Both the position numbers and the translations under genes were made by a program. Positions 52,606 to 61,973 of a stretch of DNA of 64,000 nucleotides are shown here, piece by piece. This DNA is from an uncultured Gemmatimonadales bacterium. Its GTDB lineage: Bacteria; Gemmatimonadota; Gemmatimonadetes; Palauibacterales; Palauibacteraceae. The stretch's first letter is position 1; every line of letters begins with the position of its first letter. Location: the NCBI GenBank assembly GCA_963783385.1, contig CAWANJ010000007.1:160001-224000 (forward strand). Direction: 5' to 3'. The notes under the pieces are model-generated. The model did no database searches and was not told the DNA's origin. It saw only the letters and a program-made list of their open reading frames with translations.

Positions 52606-52631
52606 GTGACGCGCGGCCCACCTCCCTCGTC
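52606..52631 (+). promoter_or_regulatory. Candidate ECF promoter GTGAC-N17-CGTC (copy 1)
   Basis: Intergenic, upstream of the DUF4382 gene; identical architecture recurs at 56285-56310. Confidence 0.4.
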
Positions 52632-52725
52632 ACCGGGATGCTGGTGGTAGAGCGCGTGCCGGCGCCGAACGACCCGGTGCCCGGCGAGCGCGCGGCGAGC
52701 GATCACGGGACGAGCGAGGGAATCG

Positions 52726-53748
52726 ATGTCGGAGGATCTTACGGAAGGACGCCCGGAGCGCATCCGGGAGAGTCGCGGGACGCGCGCGCTCGCGCGGGGA
52801 GGGATCCTCGCCGGAGCCGTCGCGGCGGCGCTGGCGCTCGGGGCGTGCAGCCAGGGTGGTGTGACCGGGCCGGCCGGATCGCCGCGGGTCTCGCTCCTGC
52901 TCAAGGACGCACCCGGCGAGGTGACGCACGCCTGGGTGGACGTGAAGGAGGTCTATCTGCAGGGCCAGGTCTCGGACTCGAGCGCCTCCGACTCCGGGCG
53001 GGTGGTCCTGGTGGACAAGGAGACCGGCCTCATCGACCTCACGCAGCTCGCCGACAGCGCCATGAAGCTGGCGGACCAGGTCGTGGTGCCGGCCGGCACG
53101 TACTCGCAGCTCCGGGTGGTGCTGGGAGGTGCCGTGGTGGAAACGTCGACCGGGGTGTATTCCCTGGACGGCGCGGTGCCGCCGAACGGCGACGCGAGCG
53201 CGATCACGGGTCAGCTCCGGTGTCCGAGCTGCCAGCAGTCGGGTCTCAAGGTGAAGCTGCCGGGCGGTGCGCTCGACCTCCAGACCGGCTCGAAGGTCCT
53301 GGTCCTGGACTTCGACGTGACGCAGAGCTTCGGCCACGTGGCCGGCGCGTCGGGTTCCTGGGTGATGCATCCGGTGATCCGCACATCCACGGTCGAGACC
53401 AGCGGCTCCATCGCCGGAACGGTCGCGCTGGCGGACAGCGTCACGGTGCCGGCCTGCGGCGGCTCCGACCGGTCGCTCCAGGACTTCGTGCCGACGGCCA
53501 CGGCCACCCTCGACACCAGCAGCGTGACCGAGCAGGGCGCTGTGCAGGCCGACGGGAGCTACGCGATCGACTACCTGGCGCCGGCCACGTGGACGATGGG
53601 CTACGTCGAGGCCATAGGATACGAGGGCGGCGACACGCTCCGCTTCACGGCGACGGCCGATCCCGCCACCGTCAATGTGACCTCCGGTGCGACGGCCGCG
53701 TCCGATTTCACGGTGATCGGCGCCGAGTGCTCGGCCTCGGGGGGATGA
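52726..53748 (+). CDS. DUF4382-like lipoprotein with C-terminal beta-sandwich
   Basis: Lipobox LGAC; VSLLLKDAP, IDLTQL, VPAGTYSQLR, QSGLKV, LVLDFDVTQSF, MHPVI. Confidence 0.75.
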   Translation: MSEDLTEGRPERIRESRGTRALARGGILAGAVAAALALGACSQGGVTGPAGSPRVSLLLKDAPGEVTHAWVDVKEVYLQGQVSDSSASDSGRVVLVDKETGLIDLTQLADSAMKLADQVVVPAGTYSQLRVVLGGAVVETSTGVYSLDGAVPPNGDASAITGQLRCPSCQQSGLKVKLPGGALDLQTGSKVLVLDFDVTQSFGHVAGASGSWVMHPVIRTSTVETSGSIAGTVALADSVTVPACGGSDRSLQDFVPTATATLDTSSVTEQGAVQADGSYAIDYLAPATWTMGYVEAIGYEGGDTLRFTATADPATVNVTSGATAASDFTVIGAECSASGG

Positions 53749-53874
53749 TGACCGGACCCGCCTCGTTGTCAGGGACCGCCGCGGGCACCAAGTTGGCATG
53801 GACGTCGGCGGCGGATCTCGTCCGCCGTCCGTCCGGCAGCGCCGGACCGGTGAGCGTGACCCGACGAGGAGGCG

Positions 53875-54423
53875 GTGGCGGAAGACCTGACGGACGGCCA
53901 GGTGGTCCGGGTGGTCCTCGATGGCCGGCCCGACTCGTATCGACTCCTGGTGGAGCGATACCAGGACGTGCTGTACCGGCATGCGCTGCGCATGACGCGG
54001 CGCCCGGACGACGCGTCCGACATCGTCCAGCGCGCCCTGGTCAAGGGGTTCAGGCGTCTGGACGACTGTCGGCATCCGGACCGGGTGGGCGGCTGGCTGT
54101 TCCGAATCACCTCGAACCTGTGCAAGGACTTCCTCAAGAACCGCCGTCGCGACGAGGTGACCCTGGACGACGCTCCGACCCTGGTCTCCTCCCGGGGGGA
54201 TCCGGAGCGGGAGCTCGACCGGTCGGAGCTGGGACTGGTGCTCGAACGCGCGCTGTCCCGTTTGAGCGAGGACCAGCGGGAGGCGTTCCTGCTGAAGCAC
54301 ATGGAGGACCGGTCGTACGAGGAGATGTCGGAGATGCTGGACGTCTCGGTGTCGGCGCTGAAGATGCGCGTCCACCGGGCGCGAGAGGAATTGCGTGACC
54401 TGTTGATCGAGTATTCGTCGTGA
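53875..54423 (+). CDS. ECF RNA polymerase sigma factor
   Basis: YRLLVERYQ, DASDIVQ, GWLFRI, QREAFLLKH..DRSYEEMSEML.VSVSALKMRVHRAR; GAGGAGG RBS. Confidence 0.92.
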   Translation: MAEDLTDGQVVRVVLDGRPDSYRLLVERYQDVLYRHALRMTRRPDDASDIVQRALVKGFRRLDDCRHPDRVGGWLFRITSNLCKDFLKNRRRDEVTLDDAPTLVSSRGDPERELDRSELGLVLERALSRLSEDQREAFLLKHMEDRSYEEMSEMLDVSVSALKMRVHRAREELRDLLIEYSS

Positions 54424-55139
54424 GCGACATGCTGACGCGTTACCTGGACGGAGAGATCGGGCTCGATGACCTGGATCCCGTGGAGCGGGCCGAGGCCGGA
54501 GCCTGGGAGGGGATGTTCGGCGACCTCCGCTCGCGGGGGATGACGCGGGCCCCGGAGGGGCTGACCGACCGGGTGATGACCGAGCTCGGGCTGAACTCTC
54601 CCGCCCGCGCCGGCCGGGGGGATGCGGCGCCGGTCCACGACGCGGCGCCGGCGGGGCACGGCGGCGCCTCGAAGGTGTGGCAGGCGATCACCTGGCCCTT
54701 CCGCCCCATCCGCGTGCCCGTGCCCCCGGCGCTCGCGCTGGCGGCCGGAGCGGCGCTGGCGCTGTTCGTGTTCGTGTGGCGTGGGGGCGGGCCGACCACG
54801 GCGGGGGAGATCGCGGCCGGGGTGGTGCAGCCCGCCAGCCTCAAGGCGCCGGCGGCGCCGACCCGCGTCTACGTGGAGCTGCGCTTCGACGCGCCGGACG
54901 CGTCCTCCGTGGCCGTGGCCGGGGACTTCACCAACTGGCAGCCCACCCTCGCGCTCCAGGATCGCGACGGGGACGGCGTGTGGACCGGGCTCGTGCCGAT
55001 GAGTCCCGGGATCCATCAATACATGTTCGTGATCGATGGCACCCGGTGGGTGACCGACCCGGGAGCGGCGCGTCACGTCGACGACGGGTTCGGGCATCGG
55101 AACGCGGTGGTGGCCGTGGCCGCACCGGCGGGCGCCTGA
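54420..55139 (+). CDS. Putative anti-sigma factor with C-terminal CBM48/AMPK-type glycogen-binding domain
   Basis: GTGA coupling to sigma; N-terminal RYLDGEI, one TM, then FDAPDASSVAVAGDFTNW...GVW...PGIHQYMFVIDGTRWVTDP...DDGFGHRN. Confidence 0.8.
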   Translation: MSDMLTRYLDGEIGLDDLDPVERAEAGAWEGMFGDLRSRGMTRAPEGLTDRVMTELGLNSPARAGRGDAAPVHDAAPAGHGGASKVWQAITWPFRPIRVPVPPALALAAGAALALFVFVWRGGGPTTAGEIAAGVVQPASLKAPAAPTRVYVELRFDAPDASSVAVAGDFTNWQPTLALQDRDGDGVWTGLVPMSPGIHQYMFVIDGTRWVTDPGAARHVDDGFGHRNAVVAVAAPAGA

Positions 55140-55142
55140 GGG

Positions 55143-56288
55143 GTGGAAGCGGGCCGTAGCGCGGCCTTCACCACCCTCGCCCTGCTCCTGGTCTCGATTC
55201 CCGGGGCGACGGCCGCCCAGGACGTCCACGTGGAGGCCGATGCGGGCTTCTCGCGCTCGCAGCCGCCCGCGGGATCGCTGGCGGAGCCGGCCACCTATCT
55301 CCTCGGAGGCGTGCGGGCGAACGGGCACCCGGGGACGGGCCCCGGGCGCTGGTTCGGCAGTCTGTACGGCGGCGTCGGCCTGCAGGGGCGCGGCGGCGAC
55401 TGGGCGTCGCTGACGCTGGGAGGCGGCTGGAGCGCGGCGCTGGGCCGCAAGCTCGGGCTCGACGCCCGCGTGGAGGGGACGGCCTTCGCGGTCGGTTCCC
55501 CGACCTGGTTCCGGGCCGTGACGCTACAGGGCGTGCCCGAGCTCAGCTATCCCATCGGGTCCGTCTACGTGCTGCTGCGCGGGCGGCTCGGGATCGGCGG
55601 CTCCCGGTCCCGGGACGATCTGCCGGGGCCGAGGTCGCCGACCTCGGGTTCGCACCTGTGGTTCGCCGGCGGCGGGCCCGGCATCCGGGTCCCGGTCGGC
55701 GACCTGGGCGTGACGGGCCGCGCCGAGGCGTTCGGCTCGGTCGGCGGCGATTACGGCCTCGGCTCGATCGAGGTCTCGGGAGGCGACGGGCCGGTGGGGT
55801 GGAGCGCCTCCTTCCAGGTGTGGGGAACGCCCCGGGGGGCGCGCGCGACGGGCTCGATCAGCGTGAGCCTGCCGCTCGGCGGCGGATGGAAGCTGTTCGG
55901 GGCGGGCGGCCGCACGGAACCGGACCCGCTCGTCGAAACCCCGGTCGCGACGTACGCCACCGGCGTGGTGAGCCACCCGCTGGTGCGCCGGGAGCGGGAG
56001 ACCGCCGAGCTGTACCGGGTGGTCCGCTCGGGGCCGCGCCCGACGATCCGGTTCACGCTACGCGCGCAGGGTGCGAGCCAGGTGGCGCTCGTGGGGGACT
56101 TCAACCGGTGGAAGCCGCTGGCCATGCGCCGGCGGGACGGGATATGGACGATCCGGGTTCGAGTGGCGCCGGGCACCTACCACTTCGGCTTCATGGTCGA
56201 CGGCAAGTGGTTCGTGCCCGCCGATGCCCCTGGAATCGTGAGTGATGCATGGGGACGCGACAACGCCACGCTCGTCGTGAACCCGTGA
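55143..56288 (+). CDS. Predicted outer-membrane beta-barrel with C-terminal CBM48 domain
   Basis: Signal peptide (ATAA-Q), about 14 amphipathic Gly/aromatic strands, then ASQVALVGDFNRW...GIW...PGTYHFGFMVDGKW...DAWGRDN. Confidence 0.7.
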   Translation: MEAGRSAAFTTLALLLVSIPGATAAQDVHVEADAGFSRSQPPAGSLAEPATYLLGGVRANGHPGTGPGRWFGSLYGGVGLQGRGGDWASLTLGGGWSAALGRKLGLDARVEGTAFAVGSPTWFRAVTLQGVPELSYPIGSVYVLLRGRLGIGGSRSRDDLPGPRSPTSGSHLWFAGGGPGIRVPVGDLGVTGRAEAFGSVGGDYGLGSIEVSGGDGPVGWSASFQVWGTPRGARATGSISVSLPLGGGWKLFGAGGRTEPDPLVETPVATYATGVVSHPLVRRERETAELYRVVRSGPRPTIRFTLRAQGASQVALVGDFNRWKPLAMRRRDGIWTIRVRVAPGTYHFGFMVDGKWFVPADAPGIVSDAWGRDNATLVVNP

Positions 56289-56310
56289 CGAGGAACGGGA
56301 GAGCGTCGTC
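56285..56310 (+). promoter_or_regulatory. Candidate ECF promoter GTGAC-N17-CGTC (copy 2)
   Basis: Upstream of the secreted helical protein gene; same spacing as copy 1. Confidence 0.4.
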
Positions 56311-56388
56311 TGACGCTTGGACCCGGGCAGCGGGCCGTCCCGCCACGTTCGGGGCGGATCGCAGGGACGAGCGAGAGGGGTGCGAGCC

Positions 56389-57165
56389 ATGAGACCGGTA
56401 CGGGGAACGGGGCGATGTCGACGATGGATGACCTGCGTCGCCGTGGCGCTCACGGTGGCGGTCGCCCCGGTGTACGCGCAGGCCCAGCAGGCCGAGGCGC
56501 CGGCCTCGGAGAGCGAGGTGGGAGCGCGTCTGCGGCAGATGAGGAACCACTTCGGACCGGCGGTGTCGGCTCGCATCGATGACGTCCTCGCCTCGGCCCG
56601 GAAGGCGGGCGTCCCGGAGGACGTGCTGATCACCAAGGCCCTGGAAGGTGCGGCCAAGGGCGTGCCGGGCACGCGCGTCGTGGAGGCGCTCAAGTCCTAT
56701 TCCGAGCGTCTCCAGCGCGCCGATCGACTGCTGGGTGGCTCGGCCGGGAGCCCGATCCTGGTGGCCGCGGCCGATGCTCTCCAGAAGGGGGTCGATCCGA
56801 ACGCGGTCCGTGAGGTAGGCCGGGCGGCGGGTGGGGATCCCCTGCCGCTCGTGGTGCTCGGCGACCTCAGGGATGCCGGCGTTCCGGTGGACCAGGCCGT
56901 GGAGGTCGTCCGCCAGGCGCTGAAGCAGGGCCGCCACGGTGACCAGCTCCTGGATGTCTCCGCCGAGGTCCGGCGCGCCATCCGGGCGGGCAAGCCGCCG
57001 GGACAGGCGGCGCAGGAGGTCGGCAGGGCGCTGCAGGGGGGCAGGGGGCCGACCCCCGCGGGGAAGGGCCAGGGGAACGGGAATCCGCCGGGCGCGAAGG
57101 GAGGCGGCCCGCACGGCTCCGGCGGCGGTCCCCCCGGGCGTCCGCACGGCTCCGGCGGGGGCTGA
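56389..57165 (+). CDS. Secreted alpha-helical hypothetical protein with Gly/Pro-rich tail
   Basis: Signal peptide ending AQA; repeated (K/D)(A)GV(P/D) helical units; PHGSGGG twice at the C-terminus. Confidence 0.7.
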   Translation: MRPVRGTGRCRRWMTCVAVALTVAVAPVYAQAQQAEAPASESEVGARLRQMRNHFGPAVSARIDDVLASARKAGVPEDVLITKALEGAAKGVPGTRVVEALKSYSERLQRADRLLGGSAGSPILVAAADALQKGVDPNAVREVGRAAGGDPLPLVVLGDLRDAGVPVDQAVEVVRQALKQGRHGDQLLDVSAEVRRAIRAGKPPGQAAQEVGRALQGGRGPTPAGKGQGNGNPPGAKGGGPHGSGGGPPGRPHGSGGG

Positions 57166-57176
57166 GCCCGACGGGC

Positions 57177-59477
57177 ATGTCGTTCCGGCGACGGGCACGC
57201 CGGCGTCGCCTCTCGTGGTCGCGGGTCCTCGCCTCCCTGCTGGCGGGAGCCGCGGTGACGACCGTCGTCGGCTGGCTGTACGTGCGACACGCGGCCGCCC
57301 GCATCGAGGCGACGTGGAGCGCCCATACGTCGAGCGCCCCCTCGCGGATCTACTCCCGTGCCCTGGACCTGTATCCGGGGCGGTTGCTGGACGGGGGAGA
57401 CTTCGCCCGCGAGCTGGAGGCTCGCGGCTACCGCCCCGCGCCGGCACACGGTCCGCTCGCCCCCGGCCAGTACCGGGCGGGGGGGGACCGCCTCGACGTC
57501 GGACTGCACGGCTTTCGGTATCCCCCTCCGGACGACGTGTTCGCGGGCTTCCCCCTGCGCATCCGCTTCCGGGATGGGCGCATCGCGTCCCTGACCGACC
57601 TGTCCGCCGACAGCGCCGTGGGGGACGTCCGCCTGGAGCCCGTCGTGGTCGCGGACCTCCTGGACCGACACATGGTGCTGAGATCGCCGATCACGCTCCA
57701 GCAGGTGTCAGCCTCTCTCGTCGAGGCCGTGCTGACCGTCGAGGACCGCCGCTTCTACGAGCACGGGGGGATCGACCCGGTCCGCATGGCCGGAGCCGCC
57801 CTGCACGACCTGCGGCACGGACGCCTCGAGCAGGGCGGTAGCACGCTCACCCAGCAGCTGATCAAGAACTACTACCTGTCGTCGAAGAAGACGCTGGGCC
57901 GGAAGCTGCGCGAGGCGATCATGGCGATGGTGCTCGAGCACGAGCACGACAAGGCCGACATCCTCCAGGCCTACCTGAACGAGGTCTACCTGGGCCAGGA
58001 GGGTCCGGTGAGCATCGTCGGGGTCCAGGAGGCCGCCCGCCATTACTTCTCCCGTGACGCGTCACAGCTCGACCTGGCGCAATCGGCGCTCCTGGCGGGG
58101 ATGATCCGCAGCCCCGCCGCCTACGATCCATTCCGGCATCCCGACGCGGCGCGCCGACGCCGGGCGGCGGTGCTGGGCATGCTGGCCGCCCGCGGGACCA
58201 TCGACCGGGCGGAGCGGGAAAGGGCCTCGCGCGAGCCGCTCCCCCGTCCGCCCCGCGAACGGCCCCTGGATGCGGCTCCCTACTTCGTGGACTACGTCGA
58301 GCGGGAGCTCGCGCGGCGCTTTCCCGCGGACGCGCTCCGCCGCGAGGGACTCAGGGTGTTCACCACGCTGGAGCCCCGGATGCAGCGAGCGGCCGAGGCG
58401 GCCGTGCGCTCGGGGCTCGCGGATCTCGAGAAGGCCCACCCCGACGTGCGGCGGTCCGGATTGCAGGCGCTCCAGGCGGCGCTGGTCGCGATGGACCCCC
58501 GCACCGGCGACGTGGTCGCCATGGTGGGGGGGCGCTCCTACCGATCGAGCCAGTTCAACCGGGCCACCGAGGCAAGACGGCAGCCCGGCTCGCTGTTCAA
58601 GCCGTTCGTGTACCTGACCGCGCTCGAAGACACGACCGGACGCTGGACGCTGGCCACCCCGGTCCCGGACTCGTCGCTGTCCGTGCGGGTCGGCGACACC
58701 GTGTGGACGCCGCACGACTTCGACGGTAGCGAGCACGGCATGGTGCCCCTGCGGGACGCGCTGGTGCATAGCTACAACCTGGCTACCGCGCACCTCGCCC
58801 TGGACGTGGGTCTGCCTCGCGTCGTCTCGACGGCCCGCGACCTGGGCGTGCAGGGACGCCTGAAGCCGGTTCCGTCGGTCTCGCTCGGGGCGTTCGAGAC
58901 CACGCCGCTCGTCATGGCCGATGCGTACTCGGCCCTGGCCGGGGGCGGGATCCGACCCGATCCCCTGACGGTGCTGCACGTGGTCGCCGCCGGGGGCTCG
59001 ACCGTCGAGGCACGCGAGCTCGAGATGCGCCGGGTCGCTCCCGCGGGTCCGGTCTACCTGGTGGACCGGGCCCTCCAGGACGTGCTCGACCGAGGAACGG
59101 CCGCCTCGGCGCGCCGGCTCGGCTACGGGGGACGGGCAGCGGGGAAGACGGGGACGAGCAGCGACTACCGGGACGCCTGGTTCGCCGGCTTCACGCCCTC
59201 GCTCGTGACGGTGGTGTGGGTGGGATTCGACGACAACCGGTCCGTGGGGCTCACCGGCGCCCAGGCGGCGCTTCCGATCTGGGTGCGGTTCATGGAGGCG
59301 GTCGGCGGTTCCCCGGACCAGCCGTTCAGCGTCCCCGACGGGATTCGTACCACCAGCGTGGACAGCGCCACGGGGCTCCTGCCGGGCCGGGGCTGCGGGC
59401 CGACCCGCGACGAGGTCTTCCTGCAGGGGACGGTCCCGTCTCGCCGCTGCGACTCGGTGGGGCGGGGCTCGCCGTGA
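57177..59477 (+). CDS. mrcB: Class A penicillin-binding protein PBP1B-like (TM, UB2H-like, GT, TP)
   Basis: EDRRF, GGSTLTQQ, RKLREA, YLNEVYLG; SLFK, SYN, KTG; UB2H-like LEARGYR...PGQY segment. Confidence 0.88.
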   Translation: MSFRRRARRRRLSWSRVLASLLAGAAVTTVVGWLYVRHAAARIEATWSAHTSSAPSRIYSRALDLYPGRLLDGGDFARELEARGYRPAPAHGPLAPGQYRAGGDRLDVGLHGFRYPPPDDVFAGFPLRIRFRDGRIASLTDLSADSAVGDVRLEPVVVADLLDRHMVLRSPITLQQVSASLVEAVLTVEDRRFYEHGGIDPVRMAGAALHDLRHGRLEQGGSTLTQQLIKNYYLSSKKTLGRKLREAIMAMVLEHEHDKADILQAYLNEVYLGQEGPVSIVGVQEAARHYFSRDASQLDLAQSALLAGMIRSPAAYDPFRHPDAARRRRAAVLGMLAARGTIDRAERERASREPLPRPPRERPLDAAPYFVDYVERELARRFPADALRREGLRVFTTLEPRMQRAAEAAVRSGLADLEKAHPDVRRSGLQALQAALVAMDPRTGDVVAMVGGRSYRSSQFNRATEARRQPGSLFKPFVYLTALEDTTGRWTLATPVPDSSLSVRVGDTVWTPHDFDGSEHGMVPLRDALVHSYNLATAHLALDVGLPRVVSTARDLGVQGRLKPVPSVSLGAFETTPLVMADAYSALAGGGIRPDPLTVLHVVAAGGSTVEARELEMRRVAPAGPVYLVDRALQDVLDRGTAASARRLGYGGRAAGKTGTSSDYRDAWFAGFTPSLVTVVWVGFDDNRSVGLTGAQAALPIWVRFMEAVGGSPDQPFSVPDGIRTTSVDSATGLLPGRGCGPTRDEVFLQGTVPSRRCDSVGRGSP

Positions 59478-59908
59478 GCGGAGTGGCCTCGACATGCCGG
59501 ATCCCGGTCGGCCGGCGGACCGGAGCCCTCCCGCGCTTGATGCTGGCGCTCGTCGTCGGGCTCGGGATCGCCGCCTGTGCGGGCGGCGGGACGGAGGACC
59601 GGGCGGTGCCGGCGGTCGACTCCCGGGCGGCGGCGCCCGAGCGTGCGGCCTCGGAGCGGCTCGTGGAGCGCGGGCGCGGTCTGCTGGAGGGGAATCAGCC
59701 CCGCGAGGCCGCCTCCGTGCTGGAGCGCGCCGTGCGTGTCGACCCGTCGAACGGTCACGCGTACCTGGAGCTGGCCCGGGCCCGGATGGTCCTGGGAGAG
59801 CCCGAGGTCGCGCGCGGCCTCCTGCAGCGGGCGGCCGCGCTGCTCAGGCCCTACCCGGAGATGGAGGCCCGGGTGGACAGCCTCCGGGCGGTCCTGGGCG
59901 GAGGCTAG
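59474..59908 (+). CDS. TPR lipoprotein (LpoP-like)
   Basis: GTGA overlap with PBP1B (alternative start at 59540); lipobox IAAC; AASVLERAVRVDPSNGHAYLELARAR TPR. Confidence 0.7.
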   Translation: MSGVASTCRIPVGRRTGALPRLMLALVVGLGIAACAGGGTEDRAVPAVDSRAAAPERAASERLVERGRGLLEGNQPREAASVLERAVRVDPSNGHAYLELARARMVLGEPEVARGLLQRAAALLRPYPEMEARVDSLRAVLGGG

Positions 59909-59983
59909 ACCCGAACGGCGAACGCCTCCCGGCCGGCGGTCCGGCGGGAGGCGTTCGCGTGGTGCGTCCGGAAGTGCGGGTCG

Positions 59984-60580
59984 TCAGCCGCCCTGGCCGG
60001 AACCGCCCGAAGCGCCACCCTGGAGCGTCGCCTGGAGGGCCTCCAGCCTGGAGATCAGGGAGTCCGCGCTCGGGTCGATGTCGTTCATTTTCTTGATCAG
60101 ATCGGTGCGGAAGGTGTCCAGGTCCGCCGCGATCGCCTTGTCCTGCATGGCCTGCATCTGCGTCTGCTGATTCTTCTGGCCGAGCGTCTGATACTCGGTC
60201 ATGAGCGAGCGGATCTTGGCGGTGTCCTGGTTCTGCCGCGCCTGTTGGAACGACTGCTTGATCTGGTTCATCCGGTCGTTCCGCGTGGAGGTGGCGGAGT
60301 CGATGTCGTTCATCTTCTGCTCGATCTCCTGCTGCAGCGTGAACTGCTCCTCCTGGATGACCGAGTCCTGCAGGGCCTGCTGGCGCAGCTGGATGACCTT
60401 CTGCCCGACCTCCCGCATCTCCTGCTGGATCTTCTGGGTCGAGGCGTCCGTGCCGGCGCCGCTGCTTGCCTGCGCCGCGAGCGGCGCGGTCGCGAGCAGA
60501 GCCAGACCGGCGGCCATGGCCCCCAACCGGAGCGGCGGGGTGAACCTGTTGGCGCGAGTGACGAGCATAATCGTGCGCAT
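59984..60580 (-). CDS. Secreted Gln-rich coiled-coil protein (possibly Skp/OmpH-like)
   Basis: Signal peptide ending LAAQA, all-helical Q/E/K-rich mature part. Confidence 0.6.
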   Translation of the reverse strand: MRTIMLVTRANRFTPPLRLGAMAAGLALLATAPLAAQASSGAGTDASTQKIQQEMREVGQKVIQLRQQALQDSVIQEEQFTLQQEIEQKMNDIDSATSTRNDRMNQIKQSFQQARQNQDTAKIRSLMTEYQTLGQKNQQTQMQAMQDKAIAADLDTFRTDLIKKMNDIDPSADSLISRLEALQATLQGGASGGSGQGG

Positions 60581-60878
60581 CCTTGTGTGGGTTGTGGAGC
60601 CTTCGGCGTCGTCGGTCGCCCCGTGAGCCGCTCGCGGCCCCTGGGCGTCGGAGCGCGAGAGTCCGGGGTTTCCGCCGACCGCGGCGGTCTCCCGGCGCCC
60701 ACGCAGGCGGATCAATATGCCCGGCTCCCGGCCTTGTTCCAAAGCTCGCCGCGTTGAGCGTCCGCCGTCGGCGTCCTATGTTCGGCCTCTGACAGGAGCC
60801 ACGCGCCGGCCCGAGCATCGTCTCCGTCCTTCCATACGACGAAATCGGGGCGTGGAAGGTCACGCTTCGGAGGCACGA

Positions 60879-61973
60879 GTGAGTCCAGGACAGCCCAGCG
60901 CCCGCATCGCGGGTACGGGGAGCTTCCTCCCCCCCAATCGGGTCGACAACAGGACCCTGTTCGAGCATCCCGGGATTCGAGAGAACTTCGACGTCGAGCG
61001 GGCGCGGGGTGCCCTGAAGGACGTGGATGCCGCCGCCCTGGATCCGGTCGAGGTGTTCGACCTGTGGGCTCGCCAGGTGACGGGCATCGAGGAGCGCCGG
61101 GTTCTGACGGAGGGTGACGGCCTCACCACCGAGCTCATGTGCGCCGAAGCGGGGCGCCGGGCCCTGGCGGCGGCCGGTATGGAGGCGGAGGAGCTGGACC
61201 TGGTCCTGGCCGCCTCGCTCACGGGCAGCCGGCAGGTCCCCAACGTCTCGTGCACGGTGGCCGCCGAGCTCGGCGCCCCCACCGTCGGGGGCTTCGTGCT
61301 CAACGCCGCCTGCGCCGGGTTCGTGTACGTGCTGGGGACGGCCTACGCGCACATTCGCGCCGGCACCGCCCGCAACGTCCTGGTCGTGGTCGGCGACGCC
61401 CTCTCCAAGATCACCGACTTCACGGATCCCAAGACGGCCGTTCTGTTCGCTGACGGAGCCGGGGCCGCCGTGCTCACGCGGTGCCCGGACGGGGAGGGGA
61501 TCCTCGGAGCCCCCTACGTGGAGGCGGACTACTCTTACGACGATCTCCACCTTCACGGGCAGGGCTGGGAGAGCCCCGACGAGCCCGAGGCCAAACTGCA
61601 CATGGGGGGCGGGCCGCAGGTGCTTCGTCAGGCCATCCAGGCCATGAAGCGCGTCGCCGACCGGGCCCTGGAGCGCACCGACCTGGGCTGGGACGACATC
61701 GACTACGTGGTTCCCCACCAGGCCAATCTGCGCATCACGCTCGGGCTGGCGAGGCACCTGCCGCTCGAGGAGGAGCGCGTCGTGCACACGATCCAGAAGT
61801 ATGGCAACCTGTCCGCTTCCACGGTGGCGGTGACGCTGGACGAGGTGCTCCGCGGGCGCCACGGCGCGCTCCCGAATCCGACGAACCTCGTGCTCACGGC
61901 CGTCGGAGGGGGGTACACGAGCTCCGGACTGGTCGTCTCCTGGCGTCCCCCGGGCGAGGGAGCGGAGGGCTAG
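60879..61973 (+). CDS. fabH: Beta-ketoacyl-ACP synthase III family protein
   Basis: GTGSFLP, TGIEERR, NAACAGF, LFADGAGA, PHQAN.RI, YGNLSAS (Cys-His-Asn triad). Confidence 0.88.
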   Translation: MSPGQPSARIAGTGSFLPPNRVDNRTLFEHPGIRENFDVERARGALKDVDAAALDPVEVFDLWARQVTGIEERRVLTEGDGLTTELMCAEAGRRALAAAGMEAEELDLVLAASLTGSRQVPNVSCTVAAELGAPTVGGFVLNAACAGFVYVLGTAYAHIRAGTARNVLVVVGDALSKITDFTDPKTAVLFADGAGAAVLTRCPDGEGILGAPYVEADYSYDDLHLHGQGWESPDEPEAKLHMGGGPQVLRQAIQAMKRVADRALERTDLGWDDIDYVVPHQANLRITLGLARHLPLEEERVVHTIQKYGNLSASTVAVTLDEVLRGRHGALPNPTNLVLTAVGGGYTSSGLVVSWRPPGEGAEG

